Below, one piece after another: positions 22,920 through 32,432 of a stretch of 64,000 nt of DNA. Each line of letters starts with the position of its first letter. Positions within the stretch are counted from its first letter, which is position 1. The DNA comes from Rebecca billardiae RCC1528 (Eukaryota > Protista > Haptophyta): the NCBI GenBank assembly GCA_965240325.2, contig OZ251225.1, positions 4,049,910 to 4,113,909 of the forward strand. Direction: 5' to 3'. Under the pieces are notes generated by a model that saw nothing but the letters and a program-made list of their open reading frames with translations, was not told the origin of the DNA and searched no databases. A program made the position numbers and the translations under genes.

Positions 22920-23570
22920 CTATTTTGATGGGTTCTTTTTGCGAGCGGACGACCGCACTGATGGCCGCAGTAACCGGATACCCTCGCTGCGGATACCGGT
23001 GATAGGGCCCGTGAATCGCGCGGTGATGACCTGCGCACGGCGATTGGCGTTCGCACGCGTGGTCACGTTCGCGCCGGCGGGGATGACATTGTTTTGCTCG
23101 ACGTCTGGGTCGCGCCCGCCTTGGCGCACGACCTTCCCAGCCTTGTCAAACACGTACCATTTTCCGTCGACGGCCCGGCGCGCGCGCGCCAGTAACCGGG
23201 CGACGTTCTCCTCGAGCATTGCCGGATTTGAAATTTGGCGCCACTCTTTATCGAGCGGCGGCTTGACGAATCCAAAACCGGGGTTTGTGAGCGCGAGCAG
23301 ACGCTTCTCTGCAGGAAAGACCAAATTCGGAGAGACGACCAAAAACCCGACTAACCTGAACGAATTACCGGGTTTGGCGTAGGGCATCATATGGCGATAG
23401 CCTTTAAAGGTTCGACTCACGATATTAGCGGTGAGCCCCATTTTGAACAAACGACCGCTCGTATCCCACCCCGGGGCGATTACATATAGGCCCGCCGCCG
23501 GCTTTCCTCCCGGGGCGCGCTTGAGCAAATTGGCGTTTTTCATGGCCTTTTGGAACTGCGATGATTGCAT
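22920..23570 (-). CDS. GIY-YIG-like (T5orf172/MUG113-type) nuclease-domain protein
   Basis: 'GLYVI...LFKMGLTANIVSR...Y' and 'AEKRL' fit the T5orf172 pattern. Basic C-terminus. Confidence 0.6.
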   Translation of the reverse strand: MQSSQFQKAMKNANLLKRAPGGKPAAGLYVIAPGWDTSGRLFKMGLTANIVSRTFKGYRHMMPYAKPGNSFRLVGFLVVSPNLVFPAEKRLLALTNPGFGFVKPPLDKEWRQISNPAMLEENVARLLARARRAVDGKWYVFDKAGKVVRQGGRDPDVEQNNVIPAGANVTTRANANRRAQVITARFTGPITGIRSEGIRLLRPSVRSSARKKNPSK

Positions 23571-23585
23571 GACCCTTTAGCCTTT

Positions 23586-23858
23586 TTAGCTAATTGTTAC
23601 TCCGATTTTACTCACATTCGTAGCGAGTGACTTGGAGTCGCCCCACAGCAAGTGGCGGCTGTAATAGATGCCAGACTCGGGGTCGTCCCAGCCCTTATCG
23701 TGGCGATGGCGAGCGATCCACGCCGTTTTCTTCGCAGGGTCGCCATGATCGATGTACGTCGACCCGCCACGCGCGCCAAAGTGGAGCGTCCGACCACCCG
23801 GCGAAGTCAGCATGAACCTCTTGTCTTTGCGCGTAGATCGATGTAGGCGGCGAATCAT
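23586..23858 (-). CDS. Tlr6F-like / DUF5754-type small protein common in PLVs, virophages and giant viruses
   Basis: 'RSTRKDKRF...TLHFGARGGSTYIDHGDPAKKTAWIARH...YYSRHLLW'. Confidence 0.75.
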   Translation of the reverse strand: MIRRLHRSTRKDKRFMLTSPGGRTLHFGARGGSTYIDHGDPAKKTAWIARHRHDKGWDDPESGIYYSRHLLWGDSKSLATNVSKIGVTIS

Positions 23859-23890
23859 ATCTCATGCCTTATTAAAGAGGTCCTTATTAA

Positions 23891-26041
23891 ATGTCGTCGA
23901 TTTTCGGCGACTCATCGAGCACCTCCGCGGCCATCGACGGATCCGTCCAGACGGGCGCTGGCGCTGCGGCGTGGTCCGGCGTCGTGCGCACCACCATGAC
24001 CGGTGAAGGCAGCCTGTCGGCGACCTTTGATCCGGCATTGCCTGCCGGTGAATTGACGCTGCGCTTGGCGGGCGATCGCGATGCTTTCAAAGTGACCAGC
24101 GCAACCCTGACGCCGACGACCCTGAGCGTCACGTGGACTCGCCAATATCACGATGAAGTCAACCGCGGGTTCGATGACGAAACCCATCCGTACTTTGATG
24201 TGCTCCTCGACGGCCACGCAATCACGAGCTTTCCAATTAGCGGGCGGGGCGTGTACTCGCTCGACGGGGCCGTCGTCAATGGTGTCGTGACGCAAAGCTA
24301 TTTTCAAGAGCCGCTCGTGAATTTCCCGCTAAATGCTGATTTGCTGGACACGGCCGACCGGGGGCTCTCCTTGGCTCTGGTCGGGACCACCGCGTTCGGT
24401 AATGAGGCCGTCGAGGCCGCCGCAGATGGGGTGACGCTCACCGTAGATCACCCGGGCCACCACGACGGGAATTTGACCGTGTGCTGCTACTTGAGGGGCC
24501 CACCGGCGCTGGGCACTTCCTACGTGCGCCAGGGTAGCGCGATCGCCTTCGCCGAGTGCCGCCTCGAAGCCCCGACCGCAAATACCATGTGCGAGACCTC
24601 GCTCGAATTTACGTCGGCGTCCAACCAGCTCGACGAGGACAACCGTGACCAGTGGAAGTACGTGGCGCTCGTACAAGATGAGGCAAACACCCAAATATTC
24701 GTCGACCATACATTGGTGCACACCCGCAGCTTGGCAGGAGAGAAGCGGCTTTCACTATTTTACCCCACCAAAATCGGCCTCGCCCAATACGGCGCTGCTG
24801 CGCACCTCGGAGTCTGGCCGCGCGCGCTGGATGCGTCGGAGCGGTTGGCCCACGCCGAGTCGTGGCGGGGTGTTGTCGTGAAAAGAACGTGGCTGCTCGA
24901 TGGGGATTTGCTAGAGGTCGATGGAGCCGCCGCCGCGCTGCAGCCCACGGCCGGCGATTACGTGATGACAAGTGGCTATCTCGAGATGCAAAGTACTAGC
25001 ACGCTGCACCTGGGCCTCAACGAGATGCCCGACATGCTCGGCGGCGACCGGTTCTCGCTGGCGGCATGGGTGTACCGCCCGAACGATCAAGATAGCGTGC
25101 GCATGTGGCTCCTCGAGGATGGCGTCACCGATTTCACGTTCGAAATCATCGCTGGCCAGCTGCGCTCGGAGCTCGGCGCGACAGCGTTCCAGGACTTGGC
25201 AGGGCCGGCACACGGCGGATGGCACCACGTTGCGCAAACGGTGGATGGCACAGTCTCCAAAATATATATCGATGGCGTGCTCGTGAGTACTGCTGCGCTG
25301 CCGGCCACTTTTACCCCGCTGCTCAGCATCATTGGACACCGTTTTGCCACCATGCCCGCAGGCGTGCGCCTCTACGCGATGTCGATCGCGCGCGGTATCA
25401 TCCACGTGCCGACGGTGATGAATCTGTACTCACCGATGCAAGGTCTAGATCCATTTGCCAGCTGGCCGATGACGGCGAATTTGACCGACGATGTGGGTAG
25501 CTATGCCTTTACGGTGTCGACTGGGACCGCAACGCACACGAATGGCTATGCGGACCTCAGTAGCGGTCTGGTGATGACTGCACCGGTGCCGACTCAGACG
25601 ATGACGGCTTTCGCCTTCTCGGCGTGGGTGTACGTGGATGACGTGTCGGGCAGCTTCAAGCTCGAATGGCGTAATGCAGGCTCGAAGGTCGTGCATTTCT
25701 ACTTGTACAGAAATGGTGTGGGCAACACCGCATTCGGCTTCGACATTACAGGGCAGTCTGGAAACTTGTATGATCGCGTGGATGTGCTGCCGCTGAACAC
25801 CTGGTACCACATCGCATGGACGTACACAGTCGGAGGGAACATGGAGGCCTGGTTGAATAAGGTGTCGCTCGGCGCGGAGGCCATGAGCGCCACCGCCGTG
25901 GGCGACGTCAACGAAATTTACGTGAGCACGCCCCCAAGTGGCGGGCCGTTCAAGTGCGCGGCCGTGCGCTTCTATACTGACGGTGCGCTCACCCAGACCG
26001 ACGTAGATAGCGACTATGACCTCTTCACGCCGCCGCCATAG
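23891..26041 (+). CDS. Concanavalin A/LamG-like multi-domain protein, putative fibre or receptor-binding protein
   Basis: Three repeats of the LamG pattern: 'QWKYVALV...QIFVD', 'FSLAAWVY...GWHHVAQTVDGTVSKIYIDG', 'FSAWVY...NTWYHIAWTY'. Confidence 0.75.
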   Translation: MSSIFGDSSSTSAAIDGSVQTGAGAAAWSGVVRTTMTGEGSLSATFDPALPAGELTLRLAGDRDAFKVTSATLTPTTLSVTWTRQYHDEVNRGFDDETHPYFDVLLDGHAITSFPISGRGVYSLDGAVVNGVVTQSYFQEPLVNFPLNADLLDTADRGLSLALVGTTAFGNEAVEAAADGVTLTVDHPGHHDGNLTVCCYLRGPPALGTSYVRQGSAIAFAECRLEAPTANTMCETSLEFTSASNQLDEDNRDQWKYVALVQDEANTQIFVDHTLVHTRSLAGEKRLSLFYPTKIGLAQYGAAAHLGVWPRALDASERLAHAESWRGVVVKRTWLLDGDLLEVDGAAAALQPTAGDYVMTSGYLEMQSTSTLHLGLNEMPDMLGGDRFSLAAWVYRPNDQDSVRMWLLEDGVTDFTFEIIAGQLRSELGATAFQDLAGPAHGGWHHVAQTVDGTVSKIYIDGVLVSTAALPATFTPLLSIIGHRFATMPAGVRLYAMSIARGIIHVPTVMNLYSPMQGLDPFASWPMTANLTDDVGSYAFTVSTGTATHTNGYADLSSGLVMTAPVPTQTMTAFAFSAWVYVDDVSGSFKLEWRNAGSKVVHFYLYRNGVGNTAFGFDITGQSGNLYDRVDVLPLNTWYHIAWTYTVGGNMEAWLNKVSLGAEAMSATAVGDVNEIYVSTPPSGGPFKCAAVRFYTDGALTQTDVDSDYDLFTPPP

Positions 26042-26082
26042 ACAGTCCCATAGAGCCAAAAATCAGTGGTACCGGTACCATA

Positions 26083-26727
26083 ATGATGCGAGCCGTACCC
26101 ACTGTATCAACCGCCGAAGGCGAAGCGCGCGTCGCGAAAGCGGCCTGGGACGCCGGCGCTACGCTCGCCCGAGATCGCAAGTTCCTCATCGAGGCAAGCT
26201 ATATGAGCAAGGCGGCAGCCCGACCGCACCTAGCCAAGCGCGGGTACCGACTTGATGAGCGCCTGTCGGATGAAGCGGACAAAGTAGCCGTGCACATCGC
26301 GAGCGGTCGGCCCGTCGTACTTTTCCGAGGCTCGGCGTCATTCGCCGACTGGGCCGTGTCGGACGTCCTGATCGCGCTGGGATTGAGCGCCAAGGACCCA
26401 CGCCACGCGCGCGCGCGCAAGCTGGTGGAGATCGTCAAGCGCAAATACGGGCAGTCCACCGCTGCGGTGGGGCACTCTCTGGGTGGGCACCTCGCGGAAG
26501 AAAGCGGCGCCTCGCAGATTCACACGTCACAAAAAGCGGCCGGCCTAAAAGATATCGGAAAGACTTTGCCGAAAAGCCAATTCGATACCCGCTCGCCGGG
26601 CGATATAGTGAGCGCGCTGTCGGTTACGCAGCGCGGTGGGCGCCGGCAGACCCTCGGGCGTGCCAGCTTTGTGGACGCTCTACATAGTCCAGCGTTGTTC
26701 GCTTTGAATCAGCACCGCGCTCGATAA
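26083..26727 (+). CDS. Class 3 lipase-like alpha/beta hydrolase
   Basis: 'VVLFRGS...DW..SD', nucleophile elbow 'VGHSLGG', 'GDIVS' and a distal His. Confidence 0.85.
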   Translation: MMRAVPTVSTAEGEARVAKAAWDAGATLARDRKFLIEASYMSKAAARPHLAKRGYRLDERLSDEADKVAVHIASGRPVVLFRGSASFADWAVSDVLIALGLSAKDPRHARARKLVEIVKRKYGQSTAAVGHSLGGHLAEESGASQIHTSQKAAGLKDIGKTLPKSQFDTRSPGDIVSALSVTQRGGRRQTLGRASFVDALHSPALFALNQHRAR

Positions 26728-26730
26728 TCC

Positions 26731-26861
26731 GCGCTCGGTAATTCTGAGCGCTCGGTAATTCTTAGCGCTCGGTAATTCTGAGCGCTCGGTAATTCTGAGC
26801 GCTCGGTAATTCGCGCTGAGTAATTCTTAGCGCTCGGTAATTCGCGCTCGGTAATTCTTAG
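26731..26861. repeat. About 8 tandem units of GCGCTCGGTAATTC(TGA/TTA) between convergent PLV genes
   Basis: Units of 14-17 bp, seen directly between the lipase stop and the stop of 26858-27151. Confidence 0.85.
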
Positions 26862-27151
26862 CGCAAGTAACGATCCGCCCGGCTGGCGGCCGCGTCCGCG
26901 CGTCCGGCGATCTGGCGCCCGCGATTCACCGCTCGCCGCGCGGCTCCAGTGTAGGGGCTGGCGACGTCGCCGAGGCCATCCGTGCGGTCTATTTCATTCA
27001 AAAATTGGTTTACGTCGCCGCCGATTTTGTCGACGCACGGCTTCAGGTGGTGCGCCGCCGAGCTGATGGGGCGGCCGAGTCGACGCGCTGTGTTTGCCAG
27101 CCCGCCGAGCCGACCGCGAATGCCTCGCGTGAGCCTGCCAAGAAATGACAT
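26858..27151 (-). CDS. Small Arg/Gly-rich protein with amphipathic N-terminal helix (putative core or membrane-lytic virion protein)
   Basis: MSFLGRLTRGIRGRLGGLANTARRL..., located directly downstream of the major capsid gene. Function inferred. Confidence 0.6.
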   Translation of the reverse strand: MSFLGRLTRGIRGRLGGLANTARRLGRPISSAAHHLKPCVDKIGGDVNQFLNEIDRTDGLGDVASPYTGAARRAVNRGRQIAGRADAAASRADRYLR

Positions 27152-27183
27152 ATCGGTGTATAATTATCATATTTTTTTATTTT

Positions 27184-28497
27184 TTACACGGCGAACTGGA
27201 GCTGGTTCTGCGCGACCTCCATCATGACGTCGTGCAGCGCCCAGGCATGCCACGTGAACGGCGCACCGTGGTTGCTATCGGCCTCGAAAATGGCGTGCTC
27301 CGTGTCCAGACGGCGACCGTCGAAGAGAATGTCGGACTGCGAGAATGCCGACGTGTTGAATGCGATGGCAAAAGCTGAGTTCGCGAAGCGCGCGCCATTC
27401 ACCTTGGAAGCGTAGTCGGCGACGCCAAGTGCGTTGAACGCCCGCACGAGCTCCGCGCGCGTCTCGGCAGCGCCATTCGTCGCGCTGACCGGCTGGTCTG
27501 GCACGAGCGTCGAGCCAATGCGCAGCTGCCACTTGGAGATGGCCGCGCGAGTGCGCAGCGTGACATCGCCCGCGTAAGCATTGCTGTTCGCATCCGGATA
27601 GGCGGCGATGATAATCGTGTTGACGCTCGCGAGGCGGAAGGGCAGCTGCCAGCTCGTCGCGGTGTTGGGCGATACTGAGTGCTGCGCGTGGAGGTAGCTC
27701 ATCGACGGAACGTAGAGGTGGTCGAGGCTGCGCGCAATCTTGGTGTAGGCCGAATCCGAGAGCAGCACCGTGCCCAGCTGCATCTTGACGTCCTGGATCG
27801 ATGGCATGGCCCCGGGATCAATCGTGTAGACGCCCCAGTCCTTCGTCTGAGCGAGGTGAATGTCCACGCGGAGGCCTTGGTGCAGCTCGGAGATGGGGAT
27901 GGCCTTGCCGCAGAGCGCACCGAACACGTACACAAGCGGGAGGCACACAGTGAGCAAAGCGCCATTCGCGATGACCGCACCCTTAGGCACGTTGAGAGCA
28001 TTGTTGATCGTCGCCTGCGACAGAGTCGCGGCGGTTACATCATAATCGGCGCTGCCGAGCATCGAGGCAGTGGAGAAGCACGACGAAGGCCCCGACTGGA
28101 AATCCAGCAGGAGATTGTGCAGCAGGCCCGCCTTGCCCGCCGAGGCGATCATCTGAGAGCCGTGATAGGCGTCGATGCGCTCGATGAGGCTGTAAGCGCT
28201 CTGCGAGAGAGTCAGAGAGGTGCCAGAGGTGTTGTTAATCGTGAATTGAACGACGCTTTGACTGGGATCCATCATAGCGCCTGGTGTGCCCGTAGGCAGA
28301 TCGAACTGCACCACCTGCCCCGGAGAGAATGTCGACGCCGGTCCGGCATAGACGGTCGTGCGCTTGTACGTGGCACCGACGGCCACGGGCTTGGGGTTGG
28401 CAAAGTCATAATACATCGGTGCCGTCTCCTCCTGCTCAAGCACCATCGCCTCGTCCGCGCGAATGTCGTTCTTCATGTACCGCCCGGCGTACGCCAT
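27184..28497 (-). CDS. Double jelly-roll major capsid protein (PLV type)
   Basis: 437 aa, beta-rich; 'TFSPGQVVQFDLP...MDPSQSVVQFTI', 'AYSLIERI', 'GKAIPI..L..GLRVDIHL', 'WQLRIGSTLVPDQPV'. Adjacent to the minor capsid and ATPase genes. Confidence 0.85.
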   Translation of the reverse strand: MAYAGRYMKNDIRADEAMVLEQEETAPMYYDFANPKPVAVGATYKRTTVYAGPASTFSPGQVVQFDLPTGTPGAMMDPSQSVVQFTINNTSGTSLTLSQSAYSLIERIDAYHGSQMIASAGKAGLLHNLLLDFQSGPSSCFSTASMLGSADYDVTAATLSQATINNALNVPKGAVIANGALLTVCLPLVYVFGALCGKAIPISELHQGLRVDIHLAQTKDWGVYTIDPGAMPSIQDVKMQLGTVLLSDSAYTKIARSLDHLYVPSMSYLHAQHSVSPNTATSWQLPFRLASVNTIIIAAYPDANSNAYAGDVTLRTRAAISKWQLRIGSTLVPDQPVSATNGAAETRAELVRAFNALGVADYASKVNGARFANSAFAIAFNTSAFSQSDILFDGRRLDTEHAIFEADSNHGAPFTWHAWALHDVMMEVAQNQLQFAV

Positions 28498-28533
28498 TTA
28501 TGTGTGTGTGTTTGGCTCCGACATTTTTTTTTT

Positions 28534-29295
28534 TTACACAACAACAAATTTGAGCACGACCGAGATTTCGGCGCCGTTGAGATTCACTTCAGTCATCGTC
28601 TCAGAATCGAGGAGGCGCAGATCGAGATTTTGTACTGAGCGGCGGTTCGTCTCGAGGAGGTCGTCTGTTTGGCTCTGGTACGCGAGGACTTGGCCGAACG
28701 CGACCGTATTTTGGATGGTGACGAGAATATTGCTCGTCGAGCCTGAGTTCAAGGTCGAGTCGCGCGACTTTACGTCGAGGCCTTCGCACACGAGGTGGTA
28801 GCCGCGCGGAATCAGATCGACCACGGCAGGCGCCTCGATGCTCCCAGTCGCTGGCACGATGAGATCCGACTGCGCTAGGCCCAAGACGCGCGTCGCGGTG
28901 GACGAGCCCTTGACCGTGATTGGGTTGGCGCTCGAGTTGGCAAACGTGAATTTACCGCGCGATGCGTCGAAGGTCACCGTGAGCGTGGCGTTGACCGGCG
29001 AGCCTGCAAAGAGCGTGTCCAGCGCGGTGGCGAGCGAAGTGGCTGTGTAATTCTTGGGTGGGATCGTCATAGTGGTGTCGCCCCAATTCCCGGCGAGACC
29101 AATCGAGCCGTTGGAGCCGTCGACCGCATAACGGCACGACGGGAAGCTTACCGACTCGACGGCGACGAGAATGCTCTCATCGTGGGTCGCCATGATTGGA
29201 TGGCTCAGCGTAAAGTCAGCGGCGCTCGTCATCGTGCGCCCCAGCGGGAAGCGGTCCGCCTGAGCCGTGTGCAGGTGAAGCCGGTGAGTCGTCAT
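28534..29295 (-). CDS. Minor capsid (penton) protein
   Basis: 253 aa, single jelly-roll pattern: 'FTLSHPI...VAVESVSFP', 'TIPPKNYTATSLA', 'QNLDLRLLD....VNLNGAEISVVLKF'. Confidence 0.8.
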   Translation of the reverse strand: MTTHRLHLHTAQADRFPLGRTMTSAADFTLSHPIMATHDESILVAVESVSFPSCRYAVDGSNGSIGLAGNWGDTTMTIPPKNYTATSLATALDTLFAGSPVNATLTVTFDASRGKFTFANSSANPITVKGSSTATRVLGLAQSDLIVPATGSIEAPAVVDLIPRGYHLVCEGLDVKSRDSTLNSGSTSNILVTIQNTVAFGQVLAYQSQTDDLLETNRRSVQNLDLRLLDSETMTEVNLNGAEISVVLKFVVV

Positions 29296-29449
29296 TGACA
29301 GGGGTGGAGATATTTACGTCGATATTTGGGGCGACGATTGGGTCGATGATTGCGTCGATGATCTCATCGTCCAAGCCAGGACCCATCCGCTTGCGCGCGA
29401 TGAATCTGGCGGCCGCCTCCCACGAAAAATCAAACATGGCGGGATCCAT
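29216..29449 (-). CDS. Small PLV hypothetical protein overlapping the minor capsid 5' end
   Basis: AAAAATG start context; 77 aa; fills the gap between 29295 and 29496. Confidence 0.4.
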   Translation of the reverse strand: MDPAMFDFSWEAAARFIARKRMGPGLDDEIIDAIIDPIVAPNIDVNISTPVNDDSPASPAHGSGGPLPAGAHDDERR

Positions 29450-29495
29450 TTTTCGATCAAAATGGAGTGTCTATTATCTCTAGAACAGATATAAA

Positions 29496-29942
29496 ATGGA
29501 CGAGGCACCGCCGCCGCCGCCAGCGCTCGCCGTGCCGATCAAGCAGCCCAAAGCACGCACGGCAGCGCAGATCAAAACCACCGAGGTGATGCGCTTGGCC
29601 AAGCTGCGAAACACGTACACCGAGTACGCCCAGCGGTACGCCAATCTCGCGGCCCAAGAGCAAGCCAAAATCGACGAGTTGAACGCTACTGTGCCAGTGC
29701 CAGAGCCCCCGCCAATCAAGCGCATGACCCCGCCGCCGCCGCCGAAGGAGCCCGACGAGGACACGCTGGTGCTCGAAGACGACCAGCCAATCGAGTCTAC
29801 GCGAGCGCCACCACCACCGCGGGCGCCGTCGCGACCGCCGTCGCGAGCGCCGCCGAGGGCAGCGCCTAGTGCGCCACCGAGTGCGCCGCCGAGGGCACCG
29901 CCGAGTGCAGCACCCCCACAAAGAAAACTGAGGTACATCTAG
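29496..29942 (+). CDS. Pro-rich coiled-coil PLV protein upstream of the ATPase
   Basis: TATAAAATG start; 148 aa; (RAPP/SAPP)n tail. Confidence 0.7.
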   Translation: MDEAPPPPPALAVPIKQPKARTAAQIKTTEVMRLAKLRNTYTEYAQRYANLAAQEQAKIDELNATVPVPEPPPIKRMTPPPPPKEPDEDTLVLEDDQPIESTRAPPPPRAPSRPPSRAPPRAAPSAPPSAPPRAPPSAAPPQRKLRYI

Positions 29943-29957
29943 AAAGCTCTATCTAAA

Positions 29958-30662
29958 ATGCAGATTGCCGAAGAGGCAAATCAAGTCGATCTGAGACTGC
30001 CGCGCATCACGGCGGACAAGCCGTTAAAGGTGGGCCTACCCGAGCCACTGCCCAACCTGACCTTCCACTGGGGCGTGTTTGGTCCGCCACGCAGTGGCAA
30101 GTCGAGCCAGGTGGCGGGCTTGATCACTGGCCCCTACCGAGGCGTTTTTGGAAATGTTATCTGGTGCGCACCGCAGACATCCATGGACTCGTTCGCCAAA
30201 TCGCCGCTGCGCGACTTGGAATTTGTGTTTAACGAATTTCATGGCGCGGTCCTGGACGAAATCATCGACATCGCCGAGGAGAATGCCGCCGGCGGTCGTC
30301 CAACGCTGCTGGTGATTGACGATTTCGCGGCCAGCCTGCGCGACGCAAACCTGCAAAAGGCTTACGCCAAGATGGTGCAGAATCGACGGCATATCCGGCT
30401 TTCGATCATCGTGATCGCGCAAGGCTATATGAGCGTGCCGCTGAATGTGCGCAAGCTTTTTTCAAATATTACCATGTTTCGTCCGAACAATTCCCGCGAG
30501 CTCACCGCGCTGCACTCCGAGCTTATCCCCATGTCAAAGGTGGACTTTATGGGCGTCTATCACTACATATTCGGAAATGAGCGTCCGCACACGTTCATGT
30601 TCATGGACGTTGATGGTGGTATTTTGTACCGAGAGTGGAATCGACTGCGCATTAAAAATTAA
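29958..30662 (+). CDS. A32-like (FtsK-HerA) DNA packaging ATPase
   Basis: Walker A 'GPPRSGKS', Walker B 'LLVIDD', arginine-finger/sensor region 'NRRHIRLSIIVIAQ'. Confidence 0.92.
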   Translation: MQIAEEANQVDLRLPRITADKPLKVGLPEPLPNLTFHWGVFGPPRSGKSSQVAGLITGPYRGVFGNVIWCAPQTSMDSFAKSPLRDLEFVFNEFHGAVLDEIIDIAEENAAGGRPTLLVIDDFAASLRDANLQKAYAKMVQNRRHIRLSIIVIAQGYMSVPLNVRKLFSNITMFRPNNSRELTALHSELIPMSKVDFMGVYHYIFGNERPHTFMFMDVDGGILYREWNRLRIKN

Positions 30663-30679
30663 TCCGCGGTAGCAATAAC

Positions 30680-31468
30680 ATGGCGACTGCAGTCCATCAT
30701 CATACCTTCCGCGACACGGTGCCAGCGCGAGTGACTCACTTCACGCTGAACGGCACGCCGTATGCCGGTGCCATGCACCACCGTGGCAAGAAAGACGGCT
30801 GGTGGTCAGGCTTGCATCCAGGTCCAAGCTCGCGCAAGCTCGTGCATCATAAGAAACCCATGATATTGCCTGCGCTGGTCACGATCGCCAGGCGAGGCCC
30901 GCCTACCAAGACCAAGACCAGCTTTGGGCGCGTCGCCCCCGGCGTGTACGACCTCGGCCAGTTCACGACGGATGAGGGCCACTACGATGCGAAGCACCTA
31001 AAATTCCCGCAACGCGATGCCAGCGGTCAGCCAATCTCGCGGCTGGTGGTGCGCTCTCAGCCGGCGCCTACTATGACGAGCTCTGACTCCGCCAATCGTC
31101 CTGCGGGGAGACCCGCGCCCGCAACGCCCGCGAAGATCCTCGTACCCGCGACGCCTTCCCCCGCCGGACCAAGCCGCTCGAGTTCTGTCAGAGTCCCGCC
31201 AGTGCCGGACTCGTCTGGGGGTTCGTCCGTTGATAATGAACTACCTGTGGTCAGAAGCTCCACTCGAACTACTAACAAGAAGATTGCCGAAGGCAGAATC
31301 ATATCATACCTCGATAACTTCTTAGCGAGATCTAATCAGCTGGGCTGGACTCCCGAAATTCTAGAGCAGACAATTGCGGCAAATCTAAAGATAAGAATAA
31401 ATCTCGTTCGAGAAATCATGCGAGAGAGGGATGCTGCCGAGGCGCTGGCAGCACTTCGTGGGTCTTAA
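30680..31468 (+). CDS. PLV hypothetical protein (His-rich N-terminal domain, disordered linker, helical C-terminus)
   Basis: 262-aa ORF directly after the ATPase. No family recognised. Confidence 0.65.
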   Translation: MATAVHHHTFRDTVPARVTHFTLNGTPYAGAMHHRGKKDGWWSGLHPGPSSRKLVHHKKPMILPALVTIARRGPPTKTKTSFGRVAPGVYDLGQFTTDEGHYDAKHLKFPQRDASGQPISRLVVRSQPAPTMTSSDSANRPAGRPAPATPAKILVPATPSPAGPSRSSSVRVPPVPDSSGGSSVDNELPVVRSSTRTTNKKIAEGRIISYLDNFLARSNQLGWTPEILEQTIAANLKIRINLVREIMRERDAAEALAALRGS

Positions 31469-31488
31469 TTGAAATCTTAGCCGCTCCT

Positions 31489-31602
31489 ATGTGGTGTGCT
31501 CTGCTGTTTGCGCTTGTAGCCGGAACCAGCATTGGCCAGTTCATTTGGATTGCGTTCTTGATGCCTGCTCCTAAGGCGACACCGCTAAAGAAGCCTTCTT
31601 AG
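31489..31602 (+). CDS. 37-aa hydrophobic microprotein (MWCALLFALVAGTSIGQFIWIAFLMPAPKATPLKKPS)
   Basis: Translated by hand (below the ORF-track cutoff). Fills the intergenic gap, and its stop overlaps the stop of 31599-31961. Confidence 0.45.
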   Translation: MWCALLFALVAGTSIGQFIWIAFLMPAPKATPLKKPS

Positions 31603-31961
31603 CGGAAGTGGTACACGATTACCTTGCCCTTGATGGCCATGCCGCGCACCGCATCGGCTACCTCGAACACAGGCGTATCGTACAGTTTGATGTAGGCCTC
31701 AGCATCGAGCAGCTCGATGTCGATGAGATCAAAGGTGCGAGTGCGCTGGAGGCGCTTGCTCAGGTAGCCGTCGCGAAGCGTGATGGTCGTCTTGGTCTTC
31801 TTGTTGCGCAGGTCGCTCAGGTACTTACCCGATGGCTTGCGCGCCTCCGTGCGCCGGCCCTCGTCGAGCCACGTCGAGCCGCGGTCGAGCGGGAGCGAGA
31901 CCGTTGGGGTAACCATCGTGCGATGCGTGGCTTCGTGGGGCTCCGTGAGCGCGCTTTTCAC
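31599..31961 (-). CDS. PLV hypothetical basic protein (likely ATG near 31917)
   Basis: Coding-like composition; last gene before the right terminal repeats. Confidence 0.55.
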   Translation of the reverse strand: MKSALTEPHEATHRTMVTPTVSLPLDRGSTWLDEGRRTEARKPSGKYLSDLRNKKTKTTITLRDGYLSKRLQRTRTFDLIDIELLDAEAYIKLYDTPVFEVADAVRGMAIKGKVIVYHFR

Positions 31962-32195
31962 CTAAGCCGCTTGTCTTTAACTACGAACCGCCACGGGCTT
32001 CGTGGGGCTTCGTGGGGCTCTGTGAGGGCGCTTTTTCACCTAGACCGCTTGTCTTTAACTACGAACCGCCTTCGTGGGGGCTTCGTGGGGCTTCGTGGGG
32101 CTCTGTGAGGGCGCTTTTTCACCTAGACCGCTTGTCTTTAACTACGAACCGCCTTCGTGGGGGCTTCGTGGGGCTTCGTGGGGCTCTGTGAGGGC
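31929..32195. repeat. Three ~80-bp direct repeats (GCGCTTTTTCACCTAGACCGCTTGTCTTTAACTACGAACCGCC plus GGGGCTTCGT 10-mers) near the PLV right end
   Basis: Seen directly; further GGGGCTTCGT units at 32291-32325. Confidence 0.85.
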
Positions 32196-32432
32196 GTCCG
32201 ACGAAACCTTAGTGACGCGGCCAGGACGCAAGTGTTTCGTCGCCAGCCACGAGGGGCCGAGGGAATGCTCAAAAATGAGTTCGGTACGGTGGGGCTTCGT
32301 GGGGCTTCGTGGGGCTTCGTGGGGCGGCTCGGGGCTCGTGGTGGGATGGTGGCTCGTGGGTCGTCGTGGGTCGTCGTGGGTCGTGGTGGGTCGTGGGCGG
32401 GGTGGGGCGGCGGCGGGGTGGCGGTGGCGGGG

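Noticed and set aside
31929-32195. CRISPR-like appearance (constant ~42-bp core with intervening sequence)
   Set aside because: The intervening sequences are themselves near-identical repeats rather than unique spacers, and there are no cas genes.
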